Shown one piece after another: positions 20,075 to 29,272 of a DNA stretch of 64,000 bases. Position numbers and translations under genes: made by a program. Location: IMG/VR virus record IMGVR_UViG_3300047160_010653, positions 1-64,000 of that record; one strand, written 5' to 3'. A model generated the notes under the pieces. The model did no database searches. It saw only the letters and a program-made list of their open reading frames with translations, and was not told the origin of the DNA. Source of the DNA: a virus. Its lineage: Duplodnaviria > Caudoviricetes. How positions within the stretch are numbered: position 1 is the first letter of the stretch; each line of letters opens with the position of its first letter.

Positions 20075-23000
20075 ATGATCTACTCGGTGCAGAACATCTC
20101 ACCATCGCAACGGGTCTTCTACGACACCGGCAAACGCGAGGTGAAGATCGACCCAGGCCAGATGAAGCTGATCGATCTCGACGAAGGCACCTACAACCAC
20201 ATCGCGATGCGAATGGACGTGATCGTGCGCCCCGCCAGTTTCGAGCGCAAACCGACGCAGGCAATAGTGCCGCCGAAGTCGGTCGAGTTCGCCTCACTGC
20301 CGCCTCCTCCGCCTCCTCCGCCTCCTCTCGCTGTAGCCCGACCGGCGATGGATATCCAGGGACACTTCGGGATCGGCGATAATCTGCATCAGCGCGCGAT
20401 CCTGCGCTGTCTGTTGCCGACCCACGACGTGTGGCTGCGCACCTGCCACTATCTCCTTTATCACGATCTGGTGGCGCAGGGTCTCAAATTGGTGATGCGA
20501 GATACTTCGCTACATGCCCAGCGCAAGACCATCGCACGCGAGCACGAGCTATTCGATCGGGCTGCTTTTCCACCGCCTCCCTCAAATGCTGCCCGAAAAA
20601 ACATCGGTTACCCGAAGGTTCTCATCGACCAGCACGGCTCAATCCTCGAAGCGCAGTTCTCCTGCGTCGGTCTCAAGATGCCGGAGCGGCCAGATTTCAG
20701 TCTTCCTGTGAGGGAAGAGTGGATGAAGGCGGTGCGGGAACGGATCGCCAGTTGGGATATGAAGGGAAAGCCGCTGATGATCCACCGTCCGGTGGTGATC
20801 CGGCAGGAATGGGACGGCCGGTCGCGCAATCCGGATGTGAAAGCCTACGATGAAATCTACCGCGCGATCCGCGATCAGTTCTTCGTGGTGTCCGTCGCCG
20901 ATCTGGAGGTGAGCCGGGAGTGGATCGACGGGCCGGAGCAAGAGGTCGACGTCAAGCTCCACAAGGGTGAACTCGAGTTCCCCGAGCTGGCAGCCCTCTT
21001 CCGCGCCGCGCGCCTGATCTACTGCAATGCGGGCTTCGCGCCCGTACTCGCCCAGGCGGTCGGCACACCTCAAATCTGCGTCTACGGCGGCCGGGAGAGC
21101 TTTCGGACCACGCAGCGGATCGGGGTTCACCTCGCTCCAACGTGCCCGATTGACGTGATCAACCCCTGCGACTGTCACAGCGCGGCTCACCGGTGCGACA
21201 AACGCATCGATGTGCATGCTGCCCTGGGGAAGGCCATCGGCTTCGCCAGCGGGCTGGACAAAGAGCGAACAAATTCAACCCTGGTGTTCGGAACGTTTTA
21301 CGTCGATAGCCCCGACAGGGACCAACTCACCGATCTCTGGCGCAAACTCCACGTCGAGCTGAACGGCGACGGCTGCGACTTCCTGGCGGTGGACTCAGCT
21401 TCGCCAATCAAGAAGTTCGATGACTGGCCACGCTACGACGGCCAGCGGCACCATTTCAGCTACTACAATTTCCCGTACAACATCGGCCACCTGTCGCGGC
21501 GCCGGGTGACAGCGGGCCGCGACGGCTGGGGCCGGGCATTTTGCCAGGGGCTGCAGATCGCGTGCGATCTCGGCTACGAGCACGTCGTCCACATTGAGGG
21601 CGACAGCCTGCTGCGGCTGCGGGTCAAGGACATCGTCGACGAGATGAAACGCGACGGCGTCGACTGCATGTCCACCAGCGTGAGGGGGATGCGGCATGCC
21701 GATCTGGAAAAGCAATGGGTCGAAACCGGCCTGATGTTTTTCACCACCGACTACATCCGGCGCTCGCAGTTCATCAAGCGCTATGACTGGCCGAACCGGC
21801 GCGTGGCGCCGACGCCGGAGCGGTGGGTGCGATTGGCTATTCTCGAAAAAGACCTCAACGACAAACAGTTCAAGATCATGCCCTGGCGCGCGTTCCGCGC
21901 CGACAAGAACCAGATTACCGTCGATAACATCGCCTCGCTGGATTTGGACTGGGTCACTCACCAGCACGACAGCTCGCAGCAGGGCGTCTACCAGAAATTC
22001 GTCGATATGGCTCTGGGGCGTGCGGCGATCATCCCGGCAGTCGCCAGCGCCTCATCTGCGGCCGCGGTTCCTCCCATTGCTGCGGCCCAGACACAGCCGG
22101 GGTTGGGCCTGCAGAGGTACAATCTCGGCTGTGGCACTAACAAGCTGGCGGGTTGGCAGAACCACGACGCCGACGTTGACGTCACCAAAAAGCTCCCCTG
22201 GCCGGATCAGTCGGCCTCGCATATCGTGATCGAGCACTGCATCGAGCACGTGCCCTACAAGGCGGCCATCGGCTTCTTCCAGGAGGCTTGGCGCGTGCTT
22301 GCGCCAGGCGGCGTGCTGCGGGTAACGGTGCCGAGCCTGGAGCAGATCGCGCGGTGCGACGATGACAGCTACTTCAAATTCACCACCAAATGGCAGCCAC
22401 TCGGGGCTACCCGACGCGGAGCCATGCACGCGATTATCTACGCACACGGACACGAATGCGCTTGGAACTCACGGCTCCTGCAAGACACCCTCTACTTCGC
22501 CGGGTTCGATGATGTACAGCCTGTTGAACCCGGAAAGAGCAACGATCCTGCTCTGGTGGGTGTCGAGGGACATGGCCGCGTCATTGGAGATAAGTTCAAC
22601 CTGATTGAGAGCTGCACCTGCGAGGCGCGCAAAGCCGGGCGGCTGCAGGATGCGATCTCGGGCGATGCCGTTGCGATTATCGTAGGGGGAGGGGATCGCT
22701 GGAAAGAAGAACTGGACGAAGTGCTGCGGCTCGTCGGCGATCGGCCGGTGACCTATTTCTATATCAATGATCAGATCAAATCGTTCGACCAGCCGGGCTA
22801 CGCCTGCACGCTGCACCCGGACAAGCTCAATGGCCATTTCAACTGGCTGGCTGTGCGCAAAAAAGCCGGACTGTCCCCGCCGTTGGAGGTCTGGTCGCAC
22901 CGCAAGCACGGCGCCGTCACTCACGACACGGCGTCGGCGGAATGGAAGGGGTCGAGCGGATTGTTCGCGGTTCAGGTCGCACGGCGCAAAGGCTTCCGGA

Positions 23001-23194
23001 AGGTGATCGGCTGCGGGGTGCCGATGACGGTGGAAGGCGGTCACTTTGAGCGGCGGCAGAAGTGGCAGTCGGCGATTGCGTTCCGCCAGGGTTGGCTGAC
23101 ATGCCGCAACGAGATCACACCTGATTTCCGGTCGATGAGCGGGTGGACGGCAGACATCTTCGGCCGTCCGACCCAGGAGTGGTTAGGACAGTGA
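20075..23194 (+). CDS. Multidomain glycan-modifying protein: GT9/heptosyltransferase-like GT-B + GT-A-like + SAM methyltransferase + DUF115/GT-D-like domain
   Basis: GIGDNLHQR and NAGFAPVLAQAVGTPQICVYGG (GT9); VVHIEGDSL (GT-A DxD-like); YNLGCG...EHCIEH...RVLAPGG.LR..VP (Methyltransf_11); IIVGGG...GSSGLFAV..A...GF.KVIGCGVPM (DUF115-like). Confidence 0.8.
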   Translation: MIYSVQNISPSQRVFYDTGKREVKIDPGQMKLIDLDEGTYNHIAMRMDVIVRPASFERKPTQAIVPPKSVEFASLPPPPPPPPPLAVARPAMDIQGHFGIGDNLHQRAILRCLLPTHDVWLRTCHYLLYHDLVAQGLKLVMRDTSLHAQRKTIAREHELFDRAAFPPPPSNAARKNIGYPKVLIDQHGSILEAQFSCVGLKMPERPDFSLPVREEWMKAVRERIASWDMKGKPLMIHRPVVIRQEWDGRSRNPDVKAYDEIYRAIRDQFFVVSVADLEVSREWIDGPEQEVDVKLHKGELEFPELAALFRAARLIYCNAGFAPVLAQAVGTPQICVYGGRESFRTTQRIGVHLAPTCPIDVINPCDCHSAAHRCDKRIDVHAALGKAIGFASGLDKERTNSTLVFGTFYVDSPDRDQLTDLWRKLHVELNGDGCDFLAVDSASPIKKFDDWPRYDGQRHHFSYYNFPYNIGHLSRRRVTAGRDGWGRAFCQGLQIACDLGYEHVVHIEGDSLLRLRVKDIVDEMKRDGVDCMSTSVRGMRHADLEKQWVETGLMFFTTDYIRRSQFIKRYDWPNRRVAPTPERWVRLAILEKDLNDKQFKIMPWRAFRADKNQITVDNIASLDLDWVTHQHDSSQQGVYQKFVDMALGRAAIIPAVASASSAAAVPPIAAAQTQPGLGLQRYNLGCGTNKLAGWQNHDADVDVTKKLPWPDQSASHIVIEHCIEHVPYKAAIGFFQEAWRVLAPGGVLRVTVPSLEQIARCDDDSYFKFTTKWQPLGATRRGAMHAIIYAHGHECAWNSRLLQDTLYFAGFDDVQPVEPGKSNDPALVGVEGHGRVIGDKFNLIESCTCEARKAGRLQDAISGDAVAIIVGGGDRWKEELDEVLRLVGDRPVTYFYINDQIKSFDQPGYACTLHPDKLNGHFNWLAVRKKAGLSPPLEVWSHRKHGAVTHDTASAEWKGSSGLFAVQVARRKGFRKVIGCGVPMTVEGGHFERRQKWQSAIAFRQGWLTCRNEITPDFRSMSGWTADIFGRPTQEWLGQ

Positions 23195-23393
23195 TTTCTG
23201 TCGTTCCTCGCGTCCGCAGCGATAGCCGATGATCCAACCAAACAGTCTCGTGGTAGTTAGGCGAGAGATCAGCATCACCGTGAAGCGCCGCCTTATACCC
23301 CCTTCGGATCGCCGCAAGCAGCTTGGGGTCGCCTTCGGCGCGGTTGATGACGTTTTGCGTTGTCACTTCGACACCATCGATACGTAAGCCCAT
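23115..23393 (-). CDS. Hypothetical protein (convergent, overlaps GT gene end)
   Basis: GAGA RBS-like sequence; last gene of the leftward operon. Confidence 0.5.
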   Translation of the reverse strand: MGLRIDGVEVTTQNVINRAEGDPKLLAAIRRGYKAALHGDADLSPNYHETVWLDHRLSLRTRGTTEITVLTTPGSDGRRCLPSTRSSTGNQV

Positions 23394-23397
23394 TCTC

Positions 23398-23664
23398 TCA
23401 ATCCTTCAGTTTGGGGCTGATCGACACTTTGGTCTCCGGCCCGATCAGATCAATAAAATCGCGCTGCATCGTGCGTTCACTCTCGCCCGCGAAGATCAGG
23501 AACTCGATATCATCACCTAGTCCGCAGGTCGAGCCGTTGAACTTGATCGGAGCGCCATCCTTGAGCCGTCCGAGGTTCGCATGAGACAGTCCGAACACTA
23601 CCAGTTTAACCGGACGTCCGTCGTCACGTATACCGTTTCCCATCATTTTTAGCATTTCTGACAT
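23398..23664 (-). CDS. Hypothetical phage protein
   Basis: ORF packed with neighbours; start uncertain. Confidence 0.55.
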   Translation of the reverse strand: MSEMLKMMGNGIRDDGRPVKLVVFGLSHANLGRLKDGAPIKFNGSTCGLGDDIEFLIFAGESERTMQRDFIDLIGPETKVSISPKLKD

Positions 23665-23896
23665 CCTTCAATACGAGGTCTATTCCGGTACGGATTTGTT
23701 CGTCGGTCATGCCGCAAGCAACTGCGCCGACGACAGCCTCGTACCACAACAGGCCAACGATGACAGAAGCGGCCTCTCTGTAATCTGTACTGACCCGTCT
23801 GTACGTGTCGTAGGTGTTGCGCTCCCATCGCTTAAGCTCGTCACTGGCATGTTTTTTCAAGTCTTCATTTAGCTGACGTTCCATTGATTTCTCCAA
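23624..23896 (-). CDS. Hypothetical helical protein
   Basis: GGAGA RBS before ATG. Confidence 0.55.
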   Translation of the reverse strand: MEKSMERQLNEDLKKHASDELKRWERNTYDTYRRVSTDYREAASVIVGLLWYEAVVGAVACGMTDEQIRTGIDLVLKDVRNAKNDGKRYT

Positions 23897-24022
23897 AACG
23901 GGCGGTAGAGGGTTGCATCACCGCTGCCGCCCGGGTGCGTCGATGATTCCTGAAAGCCCGCGGGTTCCTCATAACCGTTAGCGTTTTTTGCGAATAAGCG
24001 GCGCACCAACACAAGAGCGGAA

Positions 24023-24050
24023 GGGGCCCACGGCCCCCTTTTTCTTTTTC
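24023..24050 (+). terminator. Intrinsic terminator-like hairpin (GGGGCC-CCAC-GGCCCC + T-tract)
   Basis: ggggccccacggccccctttttctttttc; possibly bidirectional. Confidence 0.6.
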
Positions 24051-24765
24051 ACGGCCGCAATGCTTTCTGGATAGTCTGCAGCCGTTTCTCCAGGTCCTCG
24101 GCCATGACCGATAGCTTCTGTGCCATGGCCTTCTCCTCATCGGCAGTGGCCAGCAGCTTGGCGGCCATGGTGCGGCACTCCTCGATCTTTCTGGTTGCCG
24201 CGATGATGTCGTGATCGATGGCGACGTTCGAGCCGTGCGGGCCGAAGTTGACTTCCCGGAGTTGCGTCACCCAGGCTAACGGACAGCCGAGGTCATCGGC
24301 TACTTTCCGATCCGTCCAGTCTGCGGAGTAGCCCTCCTTTTCGTTGAGGTAGACATCGTTGAGCTTATCAAGGATCAGCCGTTTGTACTCGTAGGTCAGG
24401 GGCTTTAATTCCGGCGTGGTTTCCAATGCCCGCTGGGATACTTCGTAGAGGTGATCGGATTTTTTCATCAAATTTCCTCCGTTGTCGGGCTGGGATTTAT
24501 TACATGCCGGACAGCGGTGACGGCCAGCGGTGTCACCGACACTCCAACCCATCCGGGTGAACTTCCGCGTGGCAATGCGGTTCTCGGTGTGGGTGGTGTC
24601 GCCACTGCCGTGCATGGTGTTCATTTTTGTCATTTCGACTTTGCGACACCGGCCGCAGCGGATCGCAAAGCCACGACTGGGCTGTCCGTTGACGATCATC
24701 TTTGTCAATTCGAACAGCCCGATGATATGGGCCGGGATGCCATGCTCCCATTTTCTGTCATTCAT
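24049..24765 (-). CDS. Hypothetical protein with two CxxC pairs and a C-terminal HTH-like/coiled-coil region
   Basis: RCGRC...HRCPAC; WTDRKVADDLGCPLAWVTQLRE. Confidence 0.65.
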   Translation of the reverse strand: MNDRKWEHGIPAHIIGLFELTKMIVNGQPSRGFAIRCGRCRKVEMTKMNTMHGSGDTTHTENRIATRKFTRMGWSVGDTAGRHRCPACNKSQPDNGGNLMKKSDHLYEVSQRALETTPELKPLTYEYKRLILDKLNDVYLNEKEGYSADWTDRKVADDLGCPLAWVTQLREVNFGPHGSNVAIDHDIIAATRKIEECRTMAAKLLATADEEKAMAQKLSVMAEDLEKRLQTIQKALRP

Positions 24766-25105
24766 GCTTTTTCGCCAGTTGCTCGATGGCCCATCCGCTC
24801 AACCCTGTGGCCAGATCGAAGGGCTGGATCGAGGCGAGCTTATCCGAGTTGCCAATGGCTTTCTGGCACAGCTCGATCAGGTCGTGAAAGCGCAGGTCGA
24901 AGATGCACTGCGCCGTCGTACGCAGTGCCTCCGGTTGTGCCAGCGTATGGTTGAGAGCATCGAGGTGAGGGGCGTTGCGCATGGCCTGCAGAATATGGTC
25001 TGGGGGGCGAGCACGCTTGGCATAGTCGGATTCGGGCGCACGCGCAGGCACCTCGGTGGGCAGCGTTGGGACGCGCTTGTCGATAGGCCAGTTATTGTCA
25101 GCCAT
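24758..25105 (-). CDS. Hypothetical protein
   Basis: MADNNW... start after GGGAAG; contains one copy of the 64-bp repeat. Confidence 0.55.
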   Translation of the reverse strand: MADNNWPIDKRVPTLPTEVPARAPESDYAKRARPPDHILQAMRNAPHLDALNHTLAQPEALRTTAQCIFDLRFHDLIELCQKAIGNSDKLASIQPFDLATGLSGWAIEQLAKKHE

Positions 25106-25234
25106 TTGTTTCTTCCCTTTCTCGCGTTTCAAGTGCGTGGTTCAACATGTCATGAAGGTGATGTATCTGACGCAGTGCCTCCGGTTGTGCCAGCGTATGG
25201 TTGAGAGCATCGAGGTGAGGGGCGTTGCGCATGG
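24921..25234. repeat. Exact 64-bp direct repeat (24921-24984 and 25171-25234)
   Basis: cgcagtgcctccggttgtgccagcgtatggttgagagcatcgaggtgaggggcgttgcgcatgg occurs twice, 250 bp apart. Confidence 0.9.
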
Positions 25235-25406
25235 TAGTCCGGATGACACGGGACAATTCCCAGACCAGCAGTGTGATCAGCGTCATGAAAATTTCGACGG
25301 CGCCGAAATCAGCCATGCGGTACAGCTCGACGGTGTCGTTTACCCATTGCAGTAGTTTGTTGTGGCACTGCGTACGCAGGTCGTCCTCCAGGGTTTCCCG
25401 GCTCAT
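25098..25406 (-). CDS. Hypothetical protein
   Basis: MSRETLEDDL... after GGGAGAA; contains the second repeat copy. Confidence 0.5.
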   Translation of the reverse strand: MSRETLEDDLRTQCHNKLLQWVNDTVELYRMADFGAVEIFMTLITLLVWELSRVIRTTMRNAPHLDALNHTLAQPEALRQIHHLHDMLNHALETREREETNG

Positions 25407-25663
25407 TGGATTCTCCCTGCTGCGTTCCGGTAGGCCACTGTCATTACTTTGTTGATAAAGTTCTCTTCCGATATTCCGCTGACGACAGCCCATTTGGCGG
25501 CGCGAGCCGATACAAGCGCCGTGAGAGCCTGGAGCGCCTCACTGAGCTTGATACCAGCTTCCTCGAACCGGTTGAGCGTATCGCTTTCCCATTGCATGAG
25601 TTCTGTGTTGGCGTTGTCGCCGAGGTTATGCACCAACTGACTTAGAATGATATCTGTGCTCAT
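25403..25663 (-). CDS. Hypothetical protein (similar helical composition to 23624-23896 and 25098-25406)
   Basis: GGAG RBS; overlap coupling. Confidence 0.55.
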   Translation of the reverse strand: MSTDIILSQLVHNLGDNANTELMQWESDTLNRFEEAGIKLSEALQALTALVSARAAKWAVVSGISEENFINKVMTVAYRNAAGRIQ

Positions 25664-25854
25664 ATTTCACTTGCTCCTCTCCGGTTTCCTTAAGTTCTTG
25701 AATCAGTCCATTGAGCGTCACGAAGAAATTACATAGACTGATGTCGATAAACTCACTTTGACAGTTTGGGACATCGCAGTTGTTCCAGATACGGACAGTC
25801 AACTGATCATCGTAAATCCAAAGCTCTGCGTTGCCTTTTCTGCCAGTAGTTTAT

Positions 25855-27300
25855 TCATATCAACCACTCCTGATAAGTGTCGCGGGTCAGTTTGGTGCTG
25901 AGGTCGATTTTGTTGCGCAGGGCTCCGATGATTTTCTCATCGACGGTGCCCTTGGCAATGAGGTCGACGTAGAGTACGGATTGAGATTTGCCGACGCCTT
26001 GGGCGCGCTCCTCGCTTTGCAGTCTGTATTCGAGATTGTAGGTGTTCGAGAAATAAACGACCAAGCTCGCATTGGTCCAGGTACGCCCGCGCCCGCCTGC
26101 CTGGGGAGTGGCAACCATCCACCGGCAACGGGGATCGGTCAGAAACCGCTGCTCCTCATCATTGCGGATTTTTCTGTTCATGCCCCAGAACCGGGCGACG
26201 GAATGGATACCGTACTCCTCCGCCAGCACCGCACCCACGTTGTGGATGTCCTTGCCGTACGACACCCAGATGATCCCCTTGCCTTCGTACTCGGCGAGCA
26301 GCTCCAGGAGAGCCTTGGTGCGGTTCTCCGGGATCGTGACGGGGTTGCCTTCGGCGTCTTCGCAGTGCCCCATCAGTATCTGGTGCATGCGCAGGAGCTG
26401 CGTGAGCACGACGGTGGAGGTGATGTGCTGGTCCTCCTCGATCATAGTCGTGGCATACCTTTTCATCTCGCTGTACGCCTTACGCTGTTCTGGCGTCAGC
26501 TCGACCTCACGCATCGAATACATTTTCGGCGGCAGATCATAGCAGTCTTCGAGCTTGATCTTGTACGAAAAGGGCGCGAGCTTTTCCGCCAGCTCATCGA
26601 GGTTCTGATAGCCGGTGACGACCTCGACCGGAACCGGTGAGGTGTTGAACTTCTTCAGCTCCGTGATAGCATATCGGCGCTGGAAGCTGGAGAAATTTCT
26701 GAACCCGATAATCGCAGGGTCCAGAAAATTGAACTGCATGAAAGCGTCCAAAGGGCTTTGTGGATACGCCAGTCCCGATAGGATGCGCCGGTACTGAGCC
26801 GTCGGGCCAAGCACGTTGCAGCAGAACTTGGCGCGGGCGGCGGACGGTCCCTTGATGCTAGTCGACTCGTCAACCACCATCATGCTGGCGCGCTGCGCCA
26901 GGAACTTGTGGGCGAGGGTCTGGGCGCGAACAACAGTGCTCAGCGCCTCGATGTTGATCAGCAAAACACGTGGCCGCCCCTCGGCATTGCGTAGGAAATT
27001 GTGCGGCTTGTCGTGAGCATCTTCCGCCTTCCAACAGTAGACCGCAAGGCGCTTTTGGAGCGACGGGCTGACATGATCCACGATGGCCTGGAGCCACGTC
27101 GTGTATACGCCTGCGGGCGCGACCACCAGCAGGTCCTGACAAGCTCCCGCGGATTCCAGCCTGCCAAAGTCGTCGAGAATAACTTTGGTTTTGCCGGTGC
27201 GCATCGCCATCAGCAAGGCAAAGGCGCGCTGGGTTCGTAGTCTTTTGAGAGCTTCTTCCTGGTGCGCCCAAGGTTTAACGGCGGGAATATAGGTCATCAT
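25855..27300 (-). CDS. SNF2/DEAD-like helicase
   Basis: PWAHQ, MRTGKT (Walker A), VVDES (motif II), LSG, GGRGRTW..A, Q.EER..R.G. Confidence 0.92.
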   Translation of the reverse strand: MMTYIPAVKPWAHQEEALKRLRTQRAFALLMAMRTGKTKVILDDFGRLESAGACQDLLVVAPAGVYTTWLQAIVDHVSPSLQKRLAVYCWKAEDAHDKPHNFLRNAEGRPRVLLINIEALSTVVRAQTLAHKFLAQRASMMVVDESTSIKGPSAARAKFCCNVLGPTAQYRRILSGLAYPQSPLDAFMQFNFLDPAIIGFRNFSSFQRRYAITELKKFNTSPVPVEVVTGYQNLDELAEKLAPFSYKIKLEDCYDLPPKMYSMREVELTPEQRKAYSEMKRYATTMIEEDQHITSTVVLTQLLRMHQILMGHCEDAEGNPVTIPENRTKALLELLAEYEGKGIIWVSYGKDIHNVGAVLAEEYGIHSVARFWGMNRKIRNDEEQRFLTDPRCRWMVATPQAGGRGRTWTNASLVVYFSNTYNLEYRLQSEERAQGVGKSQSVLYVDLIAKGTVDEKIIGALRNKIDLSTKLTRDTYQEWLI

Positions 27301-27313
27301 CTCTCCTCATATG

Positions 27314-27334
27314 AAAAAGGCCACCGAAGTGGCC
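27314..27334 (-). terminator. Intrinsic terminator, C(UUCG)G loop + U5 on minus strand
   Basis: Minus strand ggccac-ttcg-gtggcc-ttttt. Confidence 0.65.
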
Positions 27335-27339
27335 CTGAG

Positions 27340-27603
27340 TTACCGCGCTCGCTGAATCCAAATCTGCATCGGCTTCGGGCCGCCGTATCCAGTGAGCACC
27401 AGTATCTTGCCGGTCGCTGCCAGTTTGCGCTCCAGAATGCGCAGCCGCGCCAACATAGCGGACCGAGCGTAGAACGGCTGATCTTTCTTCCCCCAAAATT
27501 TGTTGATCAGTTCGGTGCTCGTGATTGCGTTTCTTTTGCCATTGGGGATCAGGCTTTTCAAACGCTTGTCGTCATTGTTCAGTTCGTTATTGATCCTTCT
27601 CAT
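27340..27603 (-). CDS. Hypothetical protein (winged-helix-like)
   Basis: GAGGAGG RBS; ITSTELINKFWG...ARLRILERKL. Confidence 0.55.
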   Translation of the reverse strand: MRRINNELNNDDKRLKSLIPNGKRNAITSTELINKFWGKKDQPFYARSAMLARLRILERKLAATGKILVLTGYGGPKPMQIWIQRAR

Positions 27604-27629
27604 CTACACCTCCTCAACACGCCGGTGTT

Positions 27630-27908
27630 TTACACGTACCTCTTGCCAATATCAAACGCCCGGATCGGCCGGTTCGGTCTGCCATCAGCTCGCAGCGGGC
27701 GCTCTGCTGGCACCTGCATGAGGAAATCCCGAGCTTCACTGTCGTCTTGGAACACGAGAGCTTCGTTGATGTCCTGGGTAAACTCCACATCACCGAGGCC
27801 ACCGAAGGCCGCAGGATTATACGATTTGATGTACGCACCCTGGTGCATCTTTTCAGTCGGGGCGATCACGACACCCCGCGGTCCGTAGGCTCTGAGAACT
27901 AGCGGCAT
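27630..27908 (-). CDS. Hypothetical phage protein
   Basis: MPLVLRAY... PLRADGRPNRP.RAF. Confidence 0.55.
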   Translation of the reverse strand: MPLVLRAYGPRGVVIAPTEKMHQGAYIKSYNPAAFGGLGDVEFTQDINEALVFQDDSEARDFLMQVPAERPLRADGRPNRPIRAFDIGKRYV

Positions 27909-28132
27909 CGATTTGCTTCCGCTTGCAACACGCGCTCTTGCGCGTAAAGCCTGATCGGCGCGCCGCCCTTGGGCTTTACGCCCATGCGATCGGGCTCGCC
28001 GAGCACCGTTAAAATGTCTGCGCGGGTCCAACCGCGCAGGATCAGATTGTGGTAGGTGAGCATAGGACCAAGTTCGGTGTCATACCACGATTTGTGGATC
28101 GTTTTAACCATGGCTACAGATGTGGTGAGCAT
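27899..28132 (-). CDS. Hypothetical protein
   Basis: LILRGWTRADILTVLGEPD; overlap coupling. Confidence 0.5.
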   Translation of the reverse strand: MLTTSVAMVKTIHKSWYDTELGPMLTYHNLILRGWTRADILTVLGEPDRMGVKPKGGAPIRLYAQERVLQAEANRCR

Positions 28133-28133
28133 G

Positions 28134-28445
28134 TCAATCCATCCTGCATACTTCGAAGGTTCGGTCGAGTTGAATGATTGCTACCCAGGCGTAGTCGTAG
28201 ACCACGATAAGCTCGTCGCGGAGCTTGGTCTGGGCGAGGGGGGCGAGGACGGGATCGCCAGGATACTGGAGAGCGTCGCCGGGCAAGAGCTTGAACCCTT
28301 TGAAAGGGTTCCAGCCGCCACCGTGACCGTAACCCTCATGCAGTTGAACCCGCGCTGGGCGCGGGTCCATTTCTGAGAGCATCATGGGAATAGTGCCGAG
28401 CATATCGGGGTTGAAATGAGAGTCGAGCAGGGTCCAGATCATCAT
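28134..28445 (-). CDS. Conserved hypothetical phage protein
   Basis: DPRPARVQL...YGHGGGW.PFKGF...L.YPGDP.L.PLA...LRDE.IVVY..AWVAIIQ pattern. Confidence 0.65.
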   Translation of the reverse strand: MMIWTLLDSHFNPDMLGTIPMMLSEMDPRPARVQLHEGYGHGGGWNPFKGFKLLPGDALQYPGDPVLAPLAQTKLRDELIVVYDYAWVAIIQLDRTFEVCRMD

Positions 28446-28572
28446 GGCTTGCTCCGTTGCAATAGGCCGATGGCGACGACGATCAGGGCGATGATAACCA
28501 TCGCCGCCGCGTCGGTATTGCTGACGCCGAACGCTCGCGCGGTGATAGCGTCGATGATGGCTGTGGAGACAA

Positions 28573-28848
28573 TCATTCGAAGTCCTCCGCCTCGAACACG
28601 ACGACCTTCTCGGTTATTTCTTTCAGGAACGTGGTAACGACTTCCGGCCTTTCCTTCGGATCGGTTATCGCCGGATGGATTTTCGCCTGCCTGCACAGAC
28701 TCGCGTACCACGCGCGAGCGAGCGTATAGTAGCGGCGATCATGGATGGCGGCACGTCGCGCTTCCCAATAGGCGGTGTCGATCAGCGCGGCCATATCGAG
28801 CGGTAGGACGACGATGTCGTCCAATCGATTGACGGGGATGAACTTCAT
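28573..28848 (-). CDS. Hypothetical protein
   Basis: AAGGAAACCCAAAAATG leader. Confidence 0.55.
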   Translation of the reverse strand: MKFIPVNRLDDIVVLPLDMAALIDTAYWEARRAAIHDRRYYTLARAWYASLCRQAKIHPAITDPKERPEVVTTFLKEITEKVVVFEAEDFE

Positions 28849-29120
28849 TTTTGGGTTTCCTTGTTTGGACGAATAATTATCCGAGGCTGTTGCTGTTGCT
28901 GTTGCAGCAGCCATTGTTCGCTCTGCAGGCGCTGTATCTGCTGTTGCTGACGTTCCAGCTCCATGCAGGCGCGCCATGCCGCTTCGTTGCGCCCTGGCCA
29001 GAGAGTGCAAGCCGCAGATGCTTGCTGTACGGCGAGAAAGAGAACGGCTAATAGCAACTTCATTCTGATCACCCCAACATGATGTAAACGATCAGAAATG
29101 ATGCCTTCTCGTGTGAACAT
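28845..29120 (-). CDS. Putative secreted/membrane protein with poly-Gln tract
   Basis: Signal-like MKLLLAVLFLAVQQASAAC; QQQQQQ. Confidence 0.45.
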   Translation of the reverse strand: MFTREGIISDRLHHVGVIRMKLLLAVLFLAVQQASAACTLWPGRNEAAWRACMELERQQQQIQRLQSEQWLLQQQQQQPRIIIRPNKETQK

Positions 29121-29272
29121 TTTGGGTATCTCCTATTTTAGAGGTTGAGGTGACTTGCGAAGCTTGGCGGATAACATGCCGGTGAGGGGCTGCACTTCAG
29201 CTTCGCCTTGTTCGGGACTCACACCCGACGCGCGCTGTCACCGCGCCTGCGTGGCGTACTCCCCTCGTGCTG

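Noticed and set aside
23930-24010. Hammerhead/twister ribozyme
   Set aside because: Core consensus (CUGAUGA...GAAA...UH or twister motifs) is not matched; kept only as a generic structured element
24921-25234. 64-bp repeat as DGR template/variable repeat or CRISPR
   Set aside because: Copies are identical (no adenine-specific mismatches), there is no reverse transcriptase in the window, and there are only two copies with no spacer periodicity
29184-29266. tRNA gene
   Set aside because: No canonical D-loop, TTCRA T-loop or 7-bp acceptor stem with CCA; reported only as a candidate ncRNA
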